From Oscillospiraceae bacterium (GTDB taxonomy: Bacteria; Bacillota; Clostridia; Oscillospirales; Oscillospiraceae), in the NCBI GenBank assembly GCA_024691985.1, contig JAILNC010000099.1:18606-82605 (forward strand): 64,000 bases of DNA. Reading direction: 5' to 3'. A model generated the notes under the pieces. That model had not been told where the DNA came from and did not search any database. It saw only the letters and a program-made list of their open reading frames with translations. Shown here one piece after another: positions 15,912-24,311 of the stretch (position 1 is its first letter; each line of letters opens with the position of its first letter). A program made the translations under genes and the position numbers.

Positions 15912-16625
15912 TCACTCCTTCAGCCAGCTGGAGCGTTTTGTTTCCAAAAGAGCCTTGAAGATGTCGATATCCTCTACGGTTGTGAGCTTAAGGTTCTTTT
16001 CAGAGCCCATAGAGAAGAACACCTGCTCGCCCATCTCGATTTTCAGTGTGCAGGAAGCTACAGAATTTGTAATGCCGGCTTCCAGCGCCCTTCTGTGAAG
16101 ATCGCAAATATCGCCGAGATGAAAAGCCTGGGGAGTTTGTGTCCTTTTGAGCCTGTCGCGCGGAAAGCTCTCCGTCGACAAACGACCGTCGTCCGTCTGC
16201 AGCATTGCCTCCGCGCACGGAATAACCGTCGTCGCGTTGCCGTATTCTCTGGCAACGCGGATATTGTCGGAGATGATCTCGGCGGAAACCATGGGGCGGA
16301 TCGCATCGTGAATGAGGACGATATCCTGCGGAGAAAAATGCTTTTCCATTTCATAGACGCCGTTTCGTATGGAATCCTGCCCGTTCTTTCCGCCGGGTAC
16401 AACATATTTCAGCTTTGTAATATTGAATTGCTTTGCATATGCCCAAAGGACCCGTTCCCAGCCTTCAATGCAGACAACGGTAATAACGTCGATTTCCGGG
16501 TGCTTTTCAAATGCCTCGAGCGTGTAGACGATGATAGGACGTTCATTCACCGTTAAAAACTGTTTGGGGATGTCCTGGCCCATTCTGGCTCCCGAACCGC
16601 CGGCAATCAAAATAGCAATTGTCAT
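15912..16625 (-). CDS. IspD-family cytidylyltransferase, TarI-like (CDP-ribitol/CDP-polyol type) paralog
   Basis: MTIAILIAGGSGARMGQDIPKQFL… is the IspD/TarI signature. The ATG at 16625 overlaps the licD stop (ATGA), and GGAAGGAGAAAGG lies upstream. Confidence 0.8.
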   Translation of the reverse strand: MTIAILIAGGSGARMGQDIPKQFLTVNERPIIVYTLEAFEKHPEIDVITVVCIEGWERVLWAYAKQFNITKLKYVVPGGKNGQDSIRNGVYEMEKHFSPQDIVLIHDAIRPMVSAEIISDNIRVAREYGNATTVIPCAEAMLQTDDGRLSTESFPRDRLKRTQTPQAFHLGDICDLHRRALEAGITNSVASCTLKIEMGEQVFFSMGSEKNLKLTTVEDIDIFKALLETKRSSWLKE

Positions 16626-17455
16626 TCTCTGCCTTTCTCCTTCCAATATGCTTCTGCCATATGGTGCGTGATCTGTTTATCTTTTGGCGGCGGCGTCATA
16701 TAGTCGCCGTAGATTCCAGTCAGATATGCGTCATAGCCGACCGGTATGCGGTATGTCCTGCCCTCGAACTCCGCTGCAGACGTCGCGCAGAAGTTCTCTG
16801 CCTTGTTGATTTCTCCGAATCCGTAGGAACCGGTAAAGCAGCAGACAAAATCACAATCCTGAAAATCCGTCGAATCGGCAGAAGCGCTGTGGATCGCGCT
16901 TATGAGAAGCCGATCCGGGATCAGGTACATGCCCCGGCCAAGTGCGGTTAATGCGTTTTTCAGGATAGACCGTCGTCTGTCAAACTGCAGGTGCTTCAGC
17001 CCCAGCATGCCGGTCAGAATACGAACCTTACGGATACGTTTTCTGATTGCTGCTTCAGTCCCGCGAAAGCCGTCGAAAGGAAAGATATCAACAAAAACGC
17101 CGAGCGGCCTTCTGCGGTTATGCTGCTCATACAGGACCGTGTTGTCCGCGACCGCCTTAGCGCAGGGCCAGATGTATCCCTCTTTGTTTCGGTAGTCATA
17201 TATCCTTACATTGCCGGATTTGGATCGGAACTCCCGTATCAATCTCTCGTAATCCTTTCGCGGAAGCCCGATATCCATGTCGTCGTCCCATGGGATAAAG
17301 CCCTTGTGACGGACGGCGCCGAGCAGCGTCCCGCCGACGAGGAAGTACGTCAAAGCGTTTTCCCTGCAGAATGCGTCTATCTCATCCATGATGGAGAGCA
17401 TGAGCTGCTTTCTTTCTTCCAGCGTGATCTCCCTCATGGCGCTTTCTTTGTCCAT
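16622..17455 (-). CDS. LicD-family phosphotransferase
   Basis: …YFLVGGTLLGAVRHKGFIPWDDDMDIGLPRKDYERL… matches the LicD DxD-type motif. Confidence 0.85.
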   Translation of the reverse strand: MDKESAMREITLEERKQLMLSIMDEIDAFCRENALTYFLVGGTLLGAVRHKGFIPWDDDMDIGLPRKDYERLIREFRSKSGNVRIYDYRNKEGYIWPCAKAVADNTVLYEQHNRRRPLGVFVDIFPFDGFRGTEAAIRKRIRKVRILTGMLGLKHLQFDRRRSILKNALTALGRGMYLIPDRLLISAIHSASADSTDFQDCDFVCCFTGSYGFGEINKAENFCATSAAEFEGRTYRIPVGYDAYLTGIYGDYMTPPPKDKQITHHMAEAYWKEKGRE

Positions 17456-17514
17456 GGCGTCAGACGCTTCCTTTCGAAATGTCGAGAGCTTTTATCAAAA
17501 CAGCCGACCCCTTC

Positions 17515-19173
17515 TCATACCTCGGTGATGACCGGCAGGATCATGGGGCTGCGGCGCGTCGTTTTGAACAGGTAGCCGGAAAGGTTGTTCTTGACCTTGC
17601 TCTTGATCGTCGTCCAGTCGCTGATATGCTGGGCGGCGCAGGCGTCGCAGGACTCGATCGCGACGCGCTTGAGCTCCTCCATCAGCTCCTCGGCCTCCTT
17701 GACGTAGATGAAGCCGCGGGTGATAATCTGCGGGTCCGCGATCAGAAGATGGCTGTGCTCGGAGAAGGTGAGCACGACGACGACCATCCCGTCCTCCGCG
17801 AGCTTGTGACGGTCGCGCAGCACGACGCTGCCGACGCTGCTCACGCCGGAGGAATCCACCAGCACGGCGCCGGCGGTGACCGTGCCCTCCTGATTGATCG
17901 CCTTCTTGCTGATCTCGATCACGGAGCCGTTTTCCGCGATCACGATGTTCTTCGACGGCACGCCCATGAGCTTTGCCAGCTCCGCGTGCTTGACGAGCAT
18001 CCGGTGCTCGCCGTGGACCGGGATGAAGTACTTCGGCTTTGTCAGGGCGAGCATCATTTTGAGCTCCTCCTGGCAGGCGTGTCCGGTCACGTGAAGGTCG
18101 GTGTGCCGGTCATAGATGACCTCCGCGCCCTTGTGGAAGAGCTCGTCGATCACGCGGCTGATCATGGTCTCGTTGCCGGGGATGGCCGATGCGGAGATGA
18201 TGATGCGGTCGCCCGCGTCGACCTTGATCTGCTTGTGCTCGGAGAAGGCCATGCGGTATAGGGCGGACATCGTCTCGCCCTGGCTGCCGGTGGAGAGGAT
18301 GACGGTCTGGCTGCGCGGCAGCTTGTTGACCATGTCCAGATCCACCATGACGTTTTCCGGGATGTCCATATAGCCCAGCACCGAGGCGACGTGCAGGACG
18401 TTTTCCATGCTGCGCCCGGTGATGGCGACCTTGCGCTTGTATTTGGCCGCCACGTTGATGATCTGCTGGAGCCGGTGCACATTGGAGGCGAAGGTCGTGA
18501 TGATGATGCGCTTGTCGCAGCCGATGAAGAGCTTGTCGAAGCTCTCGCCCACCTTGCGCTCGGAGGCGGAGTGCCCCGGGGTCTCCACATTGGTGGATTC
18601 CCCCATCAGGGCGAGCACGCCCTCGTTGCCGAGCTCGCCGAGCCGCACAAGGTCGATCATGCCGCCCGAGATGGGCGTGATGTCGATCTTGAAGTCGCCC
18701 GTGTGGATGAGCGTGCCGAGGGGCGTCTTGATGGCCAGCGCCACCGCGTCGGGGATGGAGTGATTGACGTGGATGAATTCCACCGTGAAAGCGCCGAGAC
18801 GGAAGCACGAGCCCGCTTTTTTTGTAAAGATCTGCGTGTTGTACAGCAGATCGGCCTCTTCCAGCTTGAGCTCGATGAGCGCGGCGGTCAGCGGCGTGGT
18901 GTAGATCGGCACGTCCAGCTCGCGCAGAACATAGGGGATGGCGCCGATGTGGTCCTCGTGTCCGTGGGTCAGGATGATGCCGCGTACGCGGTCCTGATTG
19001 GCCTTGAGATAGCTGATATCGGGGAGGACGGCGTCGATGCCGTACATGTCCTCGTCCGGGAAGCCGATCCCGCAGTCGACCACGATGATATCGCTGCCGA
19101 ACTCATAGGCGGTCATGTTTTTGCCGATCTCGCCGAGACCGCCGAGAGGGATTACTCTTAACTTGGAAACCAT
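17515..19173 (-). CDS. rnj: Ribonuclease J
   Basis: MVSKLRVIPLGGLGEIGKNMTAYEF…THGHEDHIGA… shows the beta-CASP metallo-beta-lactamase pattern at full length. Confidence 0.9.
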   Translation of the reverse strand: MVSKLRVIPLGGLGEIGKNMTAYEFGSDIIVVDCGIGFPDEDMYGIDAVLPDISYLKANQDRVRGIILTHGHEDHIGAIPYVLRELDVPIYTTPLTAALIELKLEEADLLYNTQIFTKKAGSCFRLGAFTVEFIHVNHSIPDAVALAIKTPLGTLIHTGDFKIDITPISGGMIDLVRLGELGNEGVLALMGESTNVETPGHSASERKVGESFDKLFIGCDKRIIITTFASNVHRLQQIINVAAKYKRKVAITGRSMENVLHVASVLGYMDIPENVMVDLDMVNKLPRSQTVILSTGSQGETMSALYRMAFSEHKQIKVDAGDRIIISASAIPGNETMISRVIDELFHKGAEVIYDRHTDLHVTGHACQEELKMMLALTKPKYFIPVHGEHRMLVKHAELAKLMGVPSKNIVIAENGSVIEISKKAINQEGTVTAGAVLVDSSGVSSVGSVVLRDRHKLAEDGMVVVVLTFSEHSHLLIADPQIITRGFIYVKEAEELMEELKRVAIESCDACAAQHISDWTTIKSKVKNNLSGYLFKTTRRSPMILPVITEV

Positions 19174-19247
19174 AAAAACTCCATTTCATTCAGGATAAAG
19201 AATATGTACTATGCAGAGAGAGTGTTGACCGAATAGCGGAAACTTAA

Positions 19248-19847
19248 TCATATTTCCGTGCGGCCCTCGATGGCGCGGCTGAGGGTGGCGTCGTCGGTGA
19301 ATTCAAGATTGGAGCCGACCGGGATGCCGTAGGCAATGCGCGTCACCTTGACGCCGAAGGGCTTGAGCAGACGGGAGAGATACATGGCCGTGGCCTCGCC
19401 CTCGGTGTCGGGGTTCGTGGCCATGATGACCTCCTCGATGTCGTTTTCCGCGACGCGCATCAGCAGCTCCTTGATGCGGATATCGTCGGGTCCGACGTGG
19501 CTCATGGGACTGAGCACCCCGTGCAGGACGTGGTAGGTGCCGTTATATTCTCGGCCTCGCTCGATGCTCATGACGTCGCGCGGCTCGGATACGACGCAGA
19601 TCGTGGATTTGTCGCGGCTGTCGCTCGCACAGACGGAGCAGATCTCGCCCTCCGTCAGATTCTGGCAGATGCGGCAGCAGTGCACGCTGCTCTTCGCGTC
19701 TAGGATCGCGTCGGCAAAGCCCCTTGCCTCCTCGTCGGTCAGGCCCAGCACATAAAAGGCGAGACGCTGCGCGCTCTTTCTCCCGATGCCTGGCAGCGAG
19801 GCGAAGCGGTCGACCAGGTTTTCAAGCGAAGCAGGAAAGAAAGCCAT
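19248..19847 (-). CDS. recR: Recombination protein RecR
   Basis: …LENLVDRFASLPGIGRKSAQRLAFYVL… contains a C4 zinc finger CRICQNLTEGEICSVC and a Toprim region. Confidence 0.95.
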   Translation of the reverse strand: MAFFPASLENLVDRFASLPGIGRKSAQRLAFYVLGLTDEEARGFADAILDAKSSVHCCRICQNLTEGEICSVCASDSRDKSTICVVSEPRDVMSIERGREYNGTYHVLHGVLSPMSHVGPDDIRIKELLMRVAENDIEEVIMATNPDTEGEATAMYLSRLLKPFGVKVTRIAYGIPVGSNLEFTDDATLSRAIEGRTEI

Positions 19848-19857
19848 AGCGTACCTC

Positions 19858-20520
19858 TCAGATGACGGCGTTATCCCGGATTTCCCGGATGGCGGCGGCG
19901 CGGTCGGTCTTGCCGAATACGGCGCTGCCCGCGACGAGCACGTTGGCCCCCGCCTCCGTGACGAGCAGCGCGGTCGTGCCGTCGATCCCGCCGTCCACCT
20001 CGAGCTCCGTACCGGGCGCGCAGACGTCGATCAGCTCCCGCACCGCGCGGATCTTCGGCAGCATGTCGTGCATGAAGCTCTGACCGCCAAAGCCGGGCTC
20101 CACCGTCATGATGAGGATCAGATCCACGAGCCCCAGATAAGGCTTCACCGCCTCGGCCGGGGTTTTGGGCTTGAGCGTGACGCCGGTCTTTTGGCCCTGC
20201 GCCCTGACCAGTTCGATCGCGCGGAGGGTATTCTCCTGCGTGTCGGCCTCCACGTGGAAGTTGACCAGGTCTGCCCCCGCCCTGCAGAAGGCCTCCGCGT
20301 AGCGGACGGGCTTTTCGATCATAAGATGCACATCGAGGAACATGTCCGTCGCGCGGCGCAGGGATTTGATCACCGGGATGCCCAGCGAGATATTGGGCAC
20401 AAACATGCCGTCCATCACATCCACATGCAGTAAATCGGCGCCCGCGCGCTGCACATCGGCGCACTCCGCGCCGAGCACGGCAAAGTCCGCGGACAAAATC
20501 GAAGGCGCGATCTTAAGCAT
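19858..20520 (-). CDS. rpe: Ribulose-phosphate 3-epimerase
   Basis: MLKIAPSILSADFAVLGAECADVQRAGADLLHVDVMDGMFVPNISLG…. The start at 20520 has GAGAGGGGA upstream. Confidence 0.9.
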   Translation of the reverse strand: MLKIAPSILSADFAVLGAECADVQRAGADLLHVDVMDGMFVPNISLGIPVIKSLRRATDMFLDVHLMIEKPVRYAEAFCRAGADLVNFHVEADTQENTLRAIELVRAQGQKTGVTLKPKTPAEAVKPYLGLVDLILIMTVEPGFGGQSFMHDMLPKIRAVRELIDVCAPGTELEVDGGIDGTTALLVTEAGANVLVAGSAVFGKTDRAAAIREIRDNAVI

Positions 20521-20587
20521 TACACAGTCCCCTCTCTGACAGTTCAACTAATTTATTATACTACATACCCTTCTGTATTTCAATACT

Positions 20588-20616
20588 CTTGACGCGGCAA
20601 AAATTTAGTTATAAAA
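20588..20616 (+). promoter_or_regulatory. Candidate sigma-A promoter of the xpaC-telA operon
   Basis: TTGACG-17 nt-TAAAAT in the AT-rich divergent intergenic region. Confidence 0.4.
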
Positions 20617-20658
20617 TACAATGAAACGTCTGTTACGAAGGGGGCATACGCGGCCGCC

Positions 20659-21336
20659 ATGAAAAACAAGAAATTCAAGCTTGCTCCGCTGTACGGCTTC
20701 GGCCTGTCCTTTGCAGGGCTTGCCGCTCTTCTGCCCATGCAGAAGCTGTGGGCGATCCTCCTGACGGCCGCGGTCGCGGGTCTGGTCGCCTTTCTGCTGG
20801 GCCGCAGCTCCGCGAAAAAGGACCTGAAAAAGCAGCAGGAGGAGCTCGAGAAGATCCGTGCGCAGGCGAAAGTCACCGCCGAGAAAAAGAGCTACGGTCC
20901 CGAGATCGACCCCATCATCGCCGAGGGCAACCGCGCCCTGAGCGAGATGGGCCGCCTCTACATGTCCATCAGGGATACCGAGGTGCGCCAGAAGATCAAC
21001 GAGATCATGCGCATCACCGACAAGATCACGCAGGACGCCATCGCCGATCCCTCCGACATCCCGCAGATCAAAAAATTCATGAACTACTATCTGCCCACCA
21101 CGATCAAGCTCCTCAACGCCTACGACCGCATGAGCTCGCAGGGCATCGAGGGTGAGAATCTGGACCGCAGCATGAAGAGCATCAACGAGATGCTCGATCA
21201 GGCGATCGTCGCCTACAAGAAGCGGCTCGATTCCCTGTTTGAAAACCAGGCGCTCGACATCGAGACCGATATTGAAGTCATGAACACCATGCTTGCCAGA
21301 GAGGGTCTCTCCGGCACGAAAGATTTTGAAATCTGA
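20659..21336 (+). CDS. xpaC: 5-bromo-4-chloroindolyl phosphate hydrolysis protein family (XpaC-like)
   Basis: Two N-terminal TM segments, then …IRDTEVRQKINEIMRITDKITQDAIADPSDIPQIKKFMNYYLPTTIKLLNAYDRM…. It sits next to telA, as in B. subtilis xpaC-yaaN. Confidence 0.7.
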   Translation: MKNKKFKLAPLYGFGLSFAGLAALLPMQKLWAILLTAAVAGLVAFLLGRSSAKKDLKKQQEELEKIRAQAKVTAEKKSYGPEIDPIIAEGNRALSEMGRLYMSIRDTEVRQKINEIMRITDKITQDAIADPSDIPQIKKFMNYYLPTTIKLLNAYDRMSSQGIEGENLDRSMKSINEMLDQAIVAYKKRLDSLFENQALDIETDIEVMNTMLAREGLSGTKDFEI

Positions 21337-21354
21337 CAGAAAGGAAGCAAGACC

Positions 21355-22509
21355 ATGAGTGAAGAGTTTATCCCCAGCCTGACCCTCGATCCGGAGGGGC
21401 AGACCGCCGCAGCCGTTCAGGAGGCTCCGAAGGAGGAGGAAAAGCCGCAGGAGGAGGAAGTCGTCGCCCAGAAGCTGGACATCAGCAGCCTTTCCCCCGC
21501 CGAGCAGGCGGCCGTGCGCAATTTCTCCGAGAAGATCGACGTGATGAATACCGAGCAGGTCATGCATTACGGCAGCAACGCGCAGAAGAACATTTCCGAG
21601 TTCTCGGGCGCGGCGCTGGGTACCGTGCGCACCAAGGACCTGGGCCAGGTCGGCGACATGCTGGGCGATCTCGTCGTTGAGCTGAAGGGTCTGAACTTCG
21701 AGGCCGAGCAGAAAAAGGGCCTGAAGGGCCTGTTCAAGAAATCCACCCAGAGCATCGCCGAACTCAAGGCCTCCTACGACAAGGCCGAGGTCAACGTCGA
21801 CAAGATCGTCGAGTCCCTTGAAAAGCATGAGATCACGCTGATGAAGGACATCAGCCTCATGGACAAGATGTACGAGAAGAACCAGGAGTACCTCAAGGAG
21901 CTGACGATGTACATCCTGGCCGGCAAGCTCAAGATCGAGCAGCTGCGCAACGAGGAGCTGCCCAAGTACAAGGCCAAGGCTGCCGAGACCGGGCTGCCCG
22001 AGGATGCGCAGGCCGCCAACGACTTCTCGAACATGATCGGCCGCTTTGAGAAGAAGATCCACGATCTGGAGCTGACGCGCACCATCTCCATCCAGATGTC
22101 CCCGCAGATCCGCATGATCCAGAACAACGACAGCCTCATGGCCGAGAAGATCCGCTCTTCCATCATGAACACCATCCCCCTGTGGAAGAGTCAGATGGTC
22201 CTGGCCCTGTCGCAGTACCACTCCGATCAGGCCATGAAGGCCCAGCGCGAGGTGACGGACGTGACGAATCAGCTCCTGCAGAAGAACGCCGAAGCCCTGC
22301 ACCAGGGCAGCGTGAACATCGCCAAGGAGGCCGAGCGCGGCATCGTCGATATCGAGACGCTCAAGAAGACCAATCTCGAGCTTATCCAGACCCTCGACGA
22401 GGTGCGCCAGATCCAGGACGAGGGCCGTGCCAAGCGCATGCAGGCCGAGCAGGAGCTTGCCCAGATCGAGGGCGAGCTGAAGGCGAAGCTCCTGTCCATG
22501 CGCGGCTGA
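21355..22509 (+). CDS. telA: Toxic anion resistance protein, TelA/YaaN family
   Basis: 384-aa coiled-coil protein with TelA-like regions. AAAGGAAG RBS is present. Confidence 0.85.
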   Translation: MSEEFIPSLTLDPEGQTAAAVQEAPKEEEKPQEEEVVAQKLDISSLSPAEQAAVRNFSEKIDVMNTEQVMHYGSNAQKNISEFSGAALGTVRTKDLGQVGDMLGDLVVELKGLNFEAEQKKGLKGLFKKSTQSIAELKASYDKAEVNVDKIVESLEKHEITLMKDISLMDKMYEKNQEYLKELTMYILAGKLKIEQLRNEELPKYKAKAAETGLPEDAQAANDFSNMIGRFEKKIHDLELTRTISIQMSPQIRMIQNNDSLMAEKIRSSIMNTIPLWKSQMVLALSQYHSDQAMKAQREVTDVTNQLLQKNAEALHQGSVNIAKEAERGIVDIETLKKTNLELIQTLDEVRQIQDEGRAKRMQAEQELAQIEGELKAKLLSMRG

Positions 22510-22524
22510 TAGCCGTTTAGCGCC

Positions 22525-23073
22525 ATGAAGCTTTTGAAAAATCCTGTCGTCGCCATCCTCCTTGTTGTGCTGCTGGTCGTCGGCTCGACGCTGCTCTCCG
22601 CCGATCTCAAGCTCAGCCGCGCCTGTGCGCGCGTGACGGACGGCTTTTACGACGGGATCAAGCGGCAGCCCGCCGCCGCGCAGGCCATCCGCTCGCTCTG
22701 CGACGACGCCGAGCAGATGGTCATCATCGGCGATAATTACGGGATCGACACCTCTCCTCTCTCCGTCGATACCGCGGCGCTGCGTCAGGCCGTCGGCTAT
22801 GACAATCCCGACGTCGCCGCGGTCTATGCCGCCTTCGCCCCCTTCTACACGAAGCTCAAGGTCCTGGAAAACGATCTGCAGCACACGGATCTGAGCGAGC
22901 GTCACAAGGAGCAGATGACCGAGTATTCGGAGGATATCGCCCAGAACCACGCCCGGATCGACGGCTCCGGCTACAACGAGAGCGTGAGCACCTTCCTGCG
23001 CAGGAACAGCCGCTTCCCCACCCGCCAGTTTGCCAGTCTCTTCAACATCACTTATCCCACGTATTTCGCATAA
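22525..23073 (+). CDS. Hypothetical membrane-anchored protein
   Basis: 182-aa ORF with an N-terminal TM or signal anchor (MKLLKNPVVAILLVVLLVVGSTLL). It shares orientation with telA and has no recognisable family. The RBS is weak. Confidence 0.5.
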   Translation: MKLLKNPVVAILLVVLLVVGSTLLSADLKLSRACARVTDGFYDGIKRQPAAAQAIRSLCDDAEQMVIIGDNYGIDTSPLSVDTAALRQAVGYDNPDVAAVYAAFAPFYTKLKVLENDLQHTDLSERHKEQMTEYSEDIAQNHARIDGSGYNESVSTFLRRNSRFPTRQFASLFNITYPTYFA

Positions 23074-23094
23074 AACAGAAATGAGGTAATTCCA

Positions 23095-23565
23095 TTGTCC
23101 ATCGAAAAAGGCCGGGCCTATTTCCGTGCGCTCGGCATCGAAGACCGCGTCCGTGAGTTTGAGGTCTCCTCCGCCACGGTCGAGCTCGCCGCCCAGGCGC
23201 TCGGCGTGGAGGGCGCGCGCATCGCCAAGACGCTCTCGTTCAAGACGCCCGACGGCTGCATGCTCATCCTTGCCGCCGGCGACGCCAGGATCGACAACCG
23301 CAAGTTCAAGGACTTCTTCCACTTCAAGGCCAAAATGCTCACCGCGGAAGAGGTGCAGGAGCTGGTCGGTCACCCGGTCGGCGGCGTCTGCCCCTTCGGC
23401 TGCAACGAGGGCATCCCCGTCTATCTCGACGACAGCATGAAGCGCTTCACCACCGTCTTCCCCGCCGTCGGCAGCGCCAGCAGCGCCATCGAGCTGAACT
23501 TGGACGAGCTGTTCACATATTCCAGAGCCCTCGCCTGGATCGACGTGTGCAAGCTCCCGGAGTAA
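23095..23565 (+). CDS. YbaK/EbsC-family aminoacyl-tRNA deacylase domain protein
   Basis: …IAKTLSFKTPDGCMLILAAGDARIDNRKFK…GHPVGGVCPFG…. It uses a TTG start with GAGGT 8 nt upstream. Confidence 0.8.
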   Translation: MSIEKGRAYFRALGIEDRVREFEVSSATVELAAQALGVEGARIAKTLSFKTPDGCMLILAAGDARIDNRKFKDFFHFKAKMLTAEEVQELVGHPVGGVCPFGCNEGIPVYLDDSMKRFTTVFPAVGSASSAIELNLDELFTYSRALAWIDVCKLPE

Positions 23566-23582
23566 AAGCATTCATACGAACT

Positions 23583-23608
23583 CGGGCCGGATCGTCTGAT
23601 CCGGCCCG
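23583..23608. terminator. Bidirectional terminator
   Basis: CGGGCCGGATC-gtct-GATCCGGCCCG followed by TTT. Confidence 0.6.
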
Positions 23609-23621
23609 TTTCCTATCCCTC

Positions 23622-24308
23622 TTACCCGTCGAACGACGGGTTCATCACGTAGACGTTCCGCTCGTTCATCCGCTCCGAAGCGAGGCGCAGGGCCTCGCCG
23701 AAGCGCTGATAGTGCACAATCTCGCGCTCGCGCAGGTAGCGCATGACGTTGTTTACGTCCGGGTCGTCACTGAGGCGCAGGATGTTGTCGTAGGTCACGC
23801 GCGCCTTCTGCTCGGCGGCCAGATCCTCGCTCAGATCGGCGATGACGTCGCCCTTGACCTGCATCGACGCCGCGCTCCACGGGAAGCCTGAGGCCGCCGT
23901 GGGATACACGCCCGCCGTGTGGTCGACGAAGTAGGCGTCGAGCCCGGCCTTCTTGACGTCGTCCGCGCTCATCTCGCGTGTGAGCTGGTGGACGACAGTC
24001 CCGACCATCTCCAGATGTCCGAGCTCCTCGGTGCCGATGTCTGTCAGCAGCCCCTTCAGCTCGGGGTACGGCATTGAATAACGCTGACTCAGATAGCGCA
24101 GCGAGGCGCCGAGCTCGCCGTCCGGCCCGGCAAATCGCTCGGGATGATATCATCTGTTTTTACAATCAGGCCCGGCAAATCGCTCGGGATGATATCATCT
24201 GTTTTTACAATCAGGCCCTCCGTATTGCGACACAATGAACTTCGCCAGCCTCGGATTGGGGTTCTTGATCCTCACCGGATATTGCAGCTTCTTCTCATAT
24301 ACGAACAT
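23622..24308 (-). pseudogene. cotJC: cotJC (manganese-catalase-family spore coat protein) interrupted by a 90-bp insertion carrying two in-frame TGA codons
   Basis: The N-terminal piece is MFVYEKKLQYPVRIKNPNPRLAKFIVSQYGGPD. Then come 2 x (CKNR*YHPERFAGPD). The same frame resumes with GELGASLRYLSQRYSMPYPELKGLLTDIGTEELGHLEM… and runs to the stop at 23622. Confidence 0.75.
24126..24215. repeat. Perfect tandem duplication of a 45-bp AT-rich unit inside cotJC
   Basis: cccggcaaatcgctcgggatgatatcatctgtttttacaatcagg occurs at 24126-24170 and again at 24171-24215. It contains the 12-bp palindrome GATGATATCATC. Confidence 0.9.
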
Positions 24309-24311
24309 CGT

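Noticed and set aside
15912-16625. Treating the first IspD-family gene as the MEP-pathway ispD
   Set aside because: The ispD fused in an operon with ispF at 51277-52474 is the pathway gene. The 15912-16625 copy is coupled to licD and an SDR, a context typical of TarI-type CDP-polyol synthesis.
20605-23571. 988-aa ORF on the minus strand spanning xpaC, telA, the 182-aa gene and ybaK
   Set aside because: It is antisense to four plus-strand genes with clear family signatures. The translation is low-complexity and Gly/Ala/Asp/Leu/Val-rich (…GGEDGGEALHAVVEIDGDALVAAEGADAADRV…), with no motif and no RBS. This is a typical stop-poor shadow frame of a GC-rich genome.
24126-24215. Possibility that the two in-frame TGA codons in cotJC are recoded (selenocysteine or TGA sense-codon reassignment)
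   Set aside because: TGA is used as a genuine stop by many genes in the window, including the ATGA/GTGA coupled junctions (fmt/rsmB, def/fmt, recD2/comF, murD/ynbB). I see no SECIS-like hairpin immediately 3' of either TGA. Interruption is the simpler reading, though it is kept as a finding.
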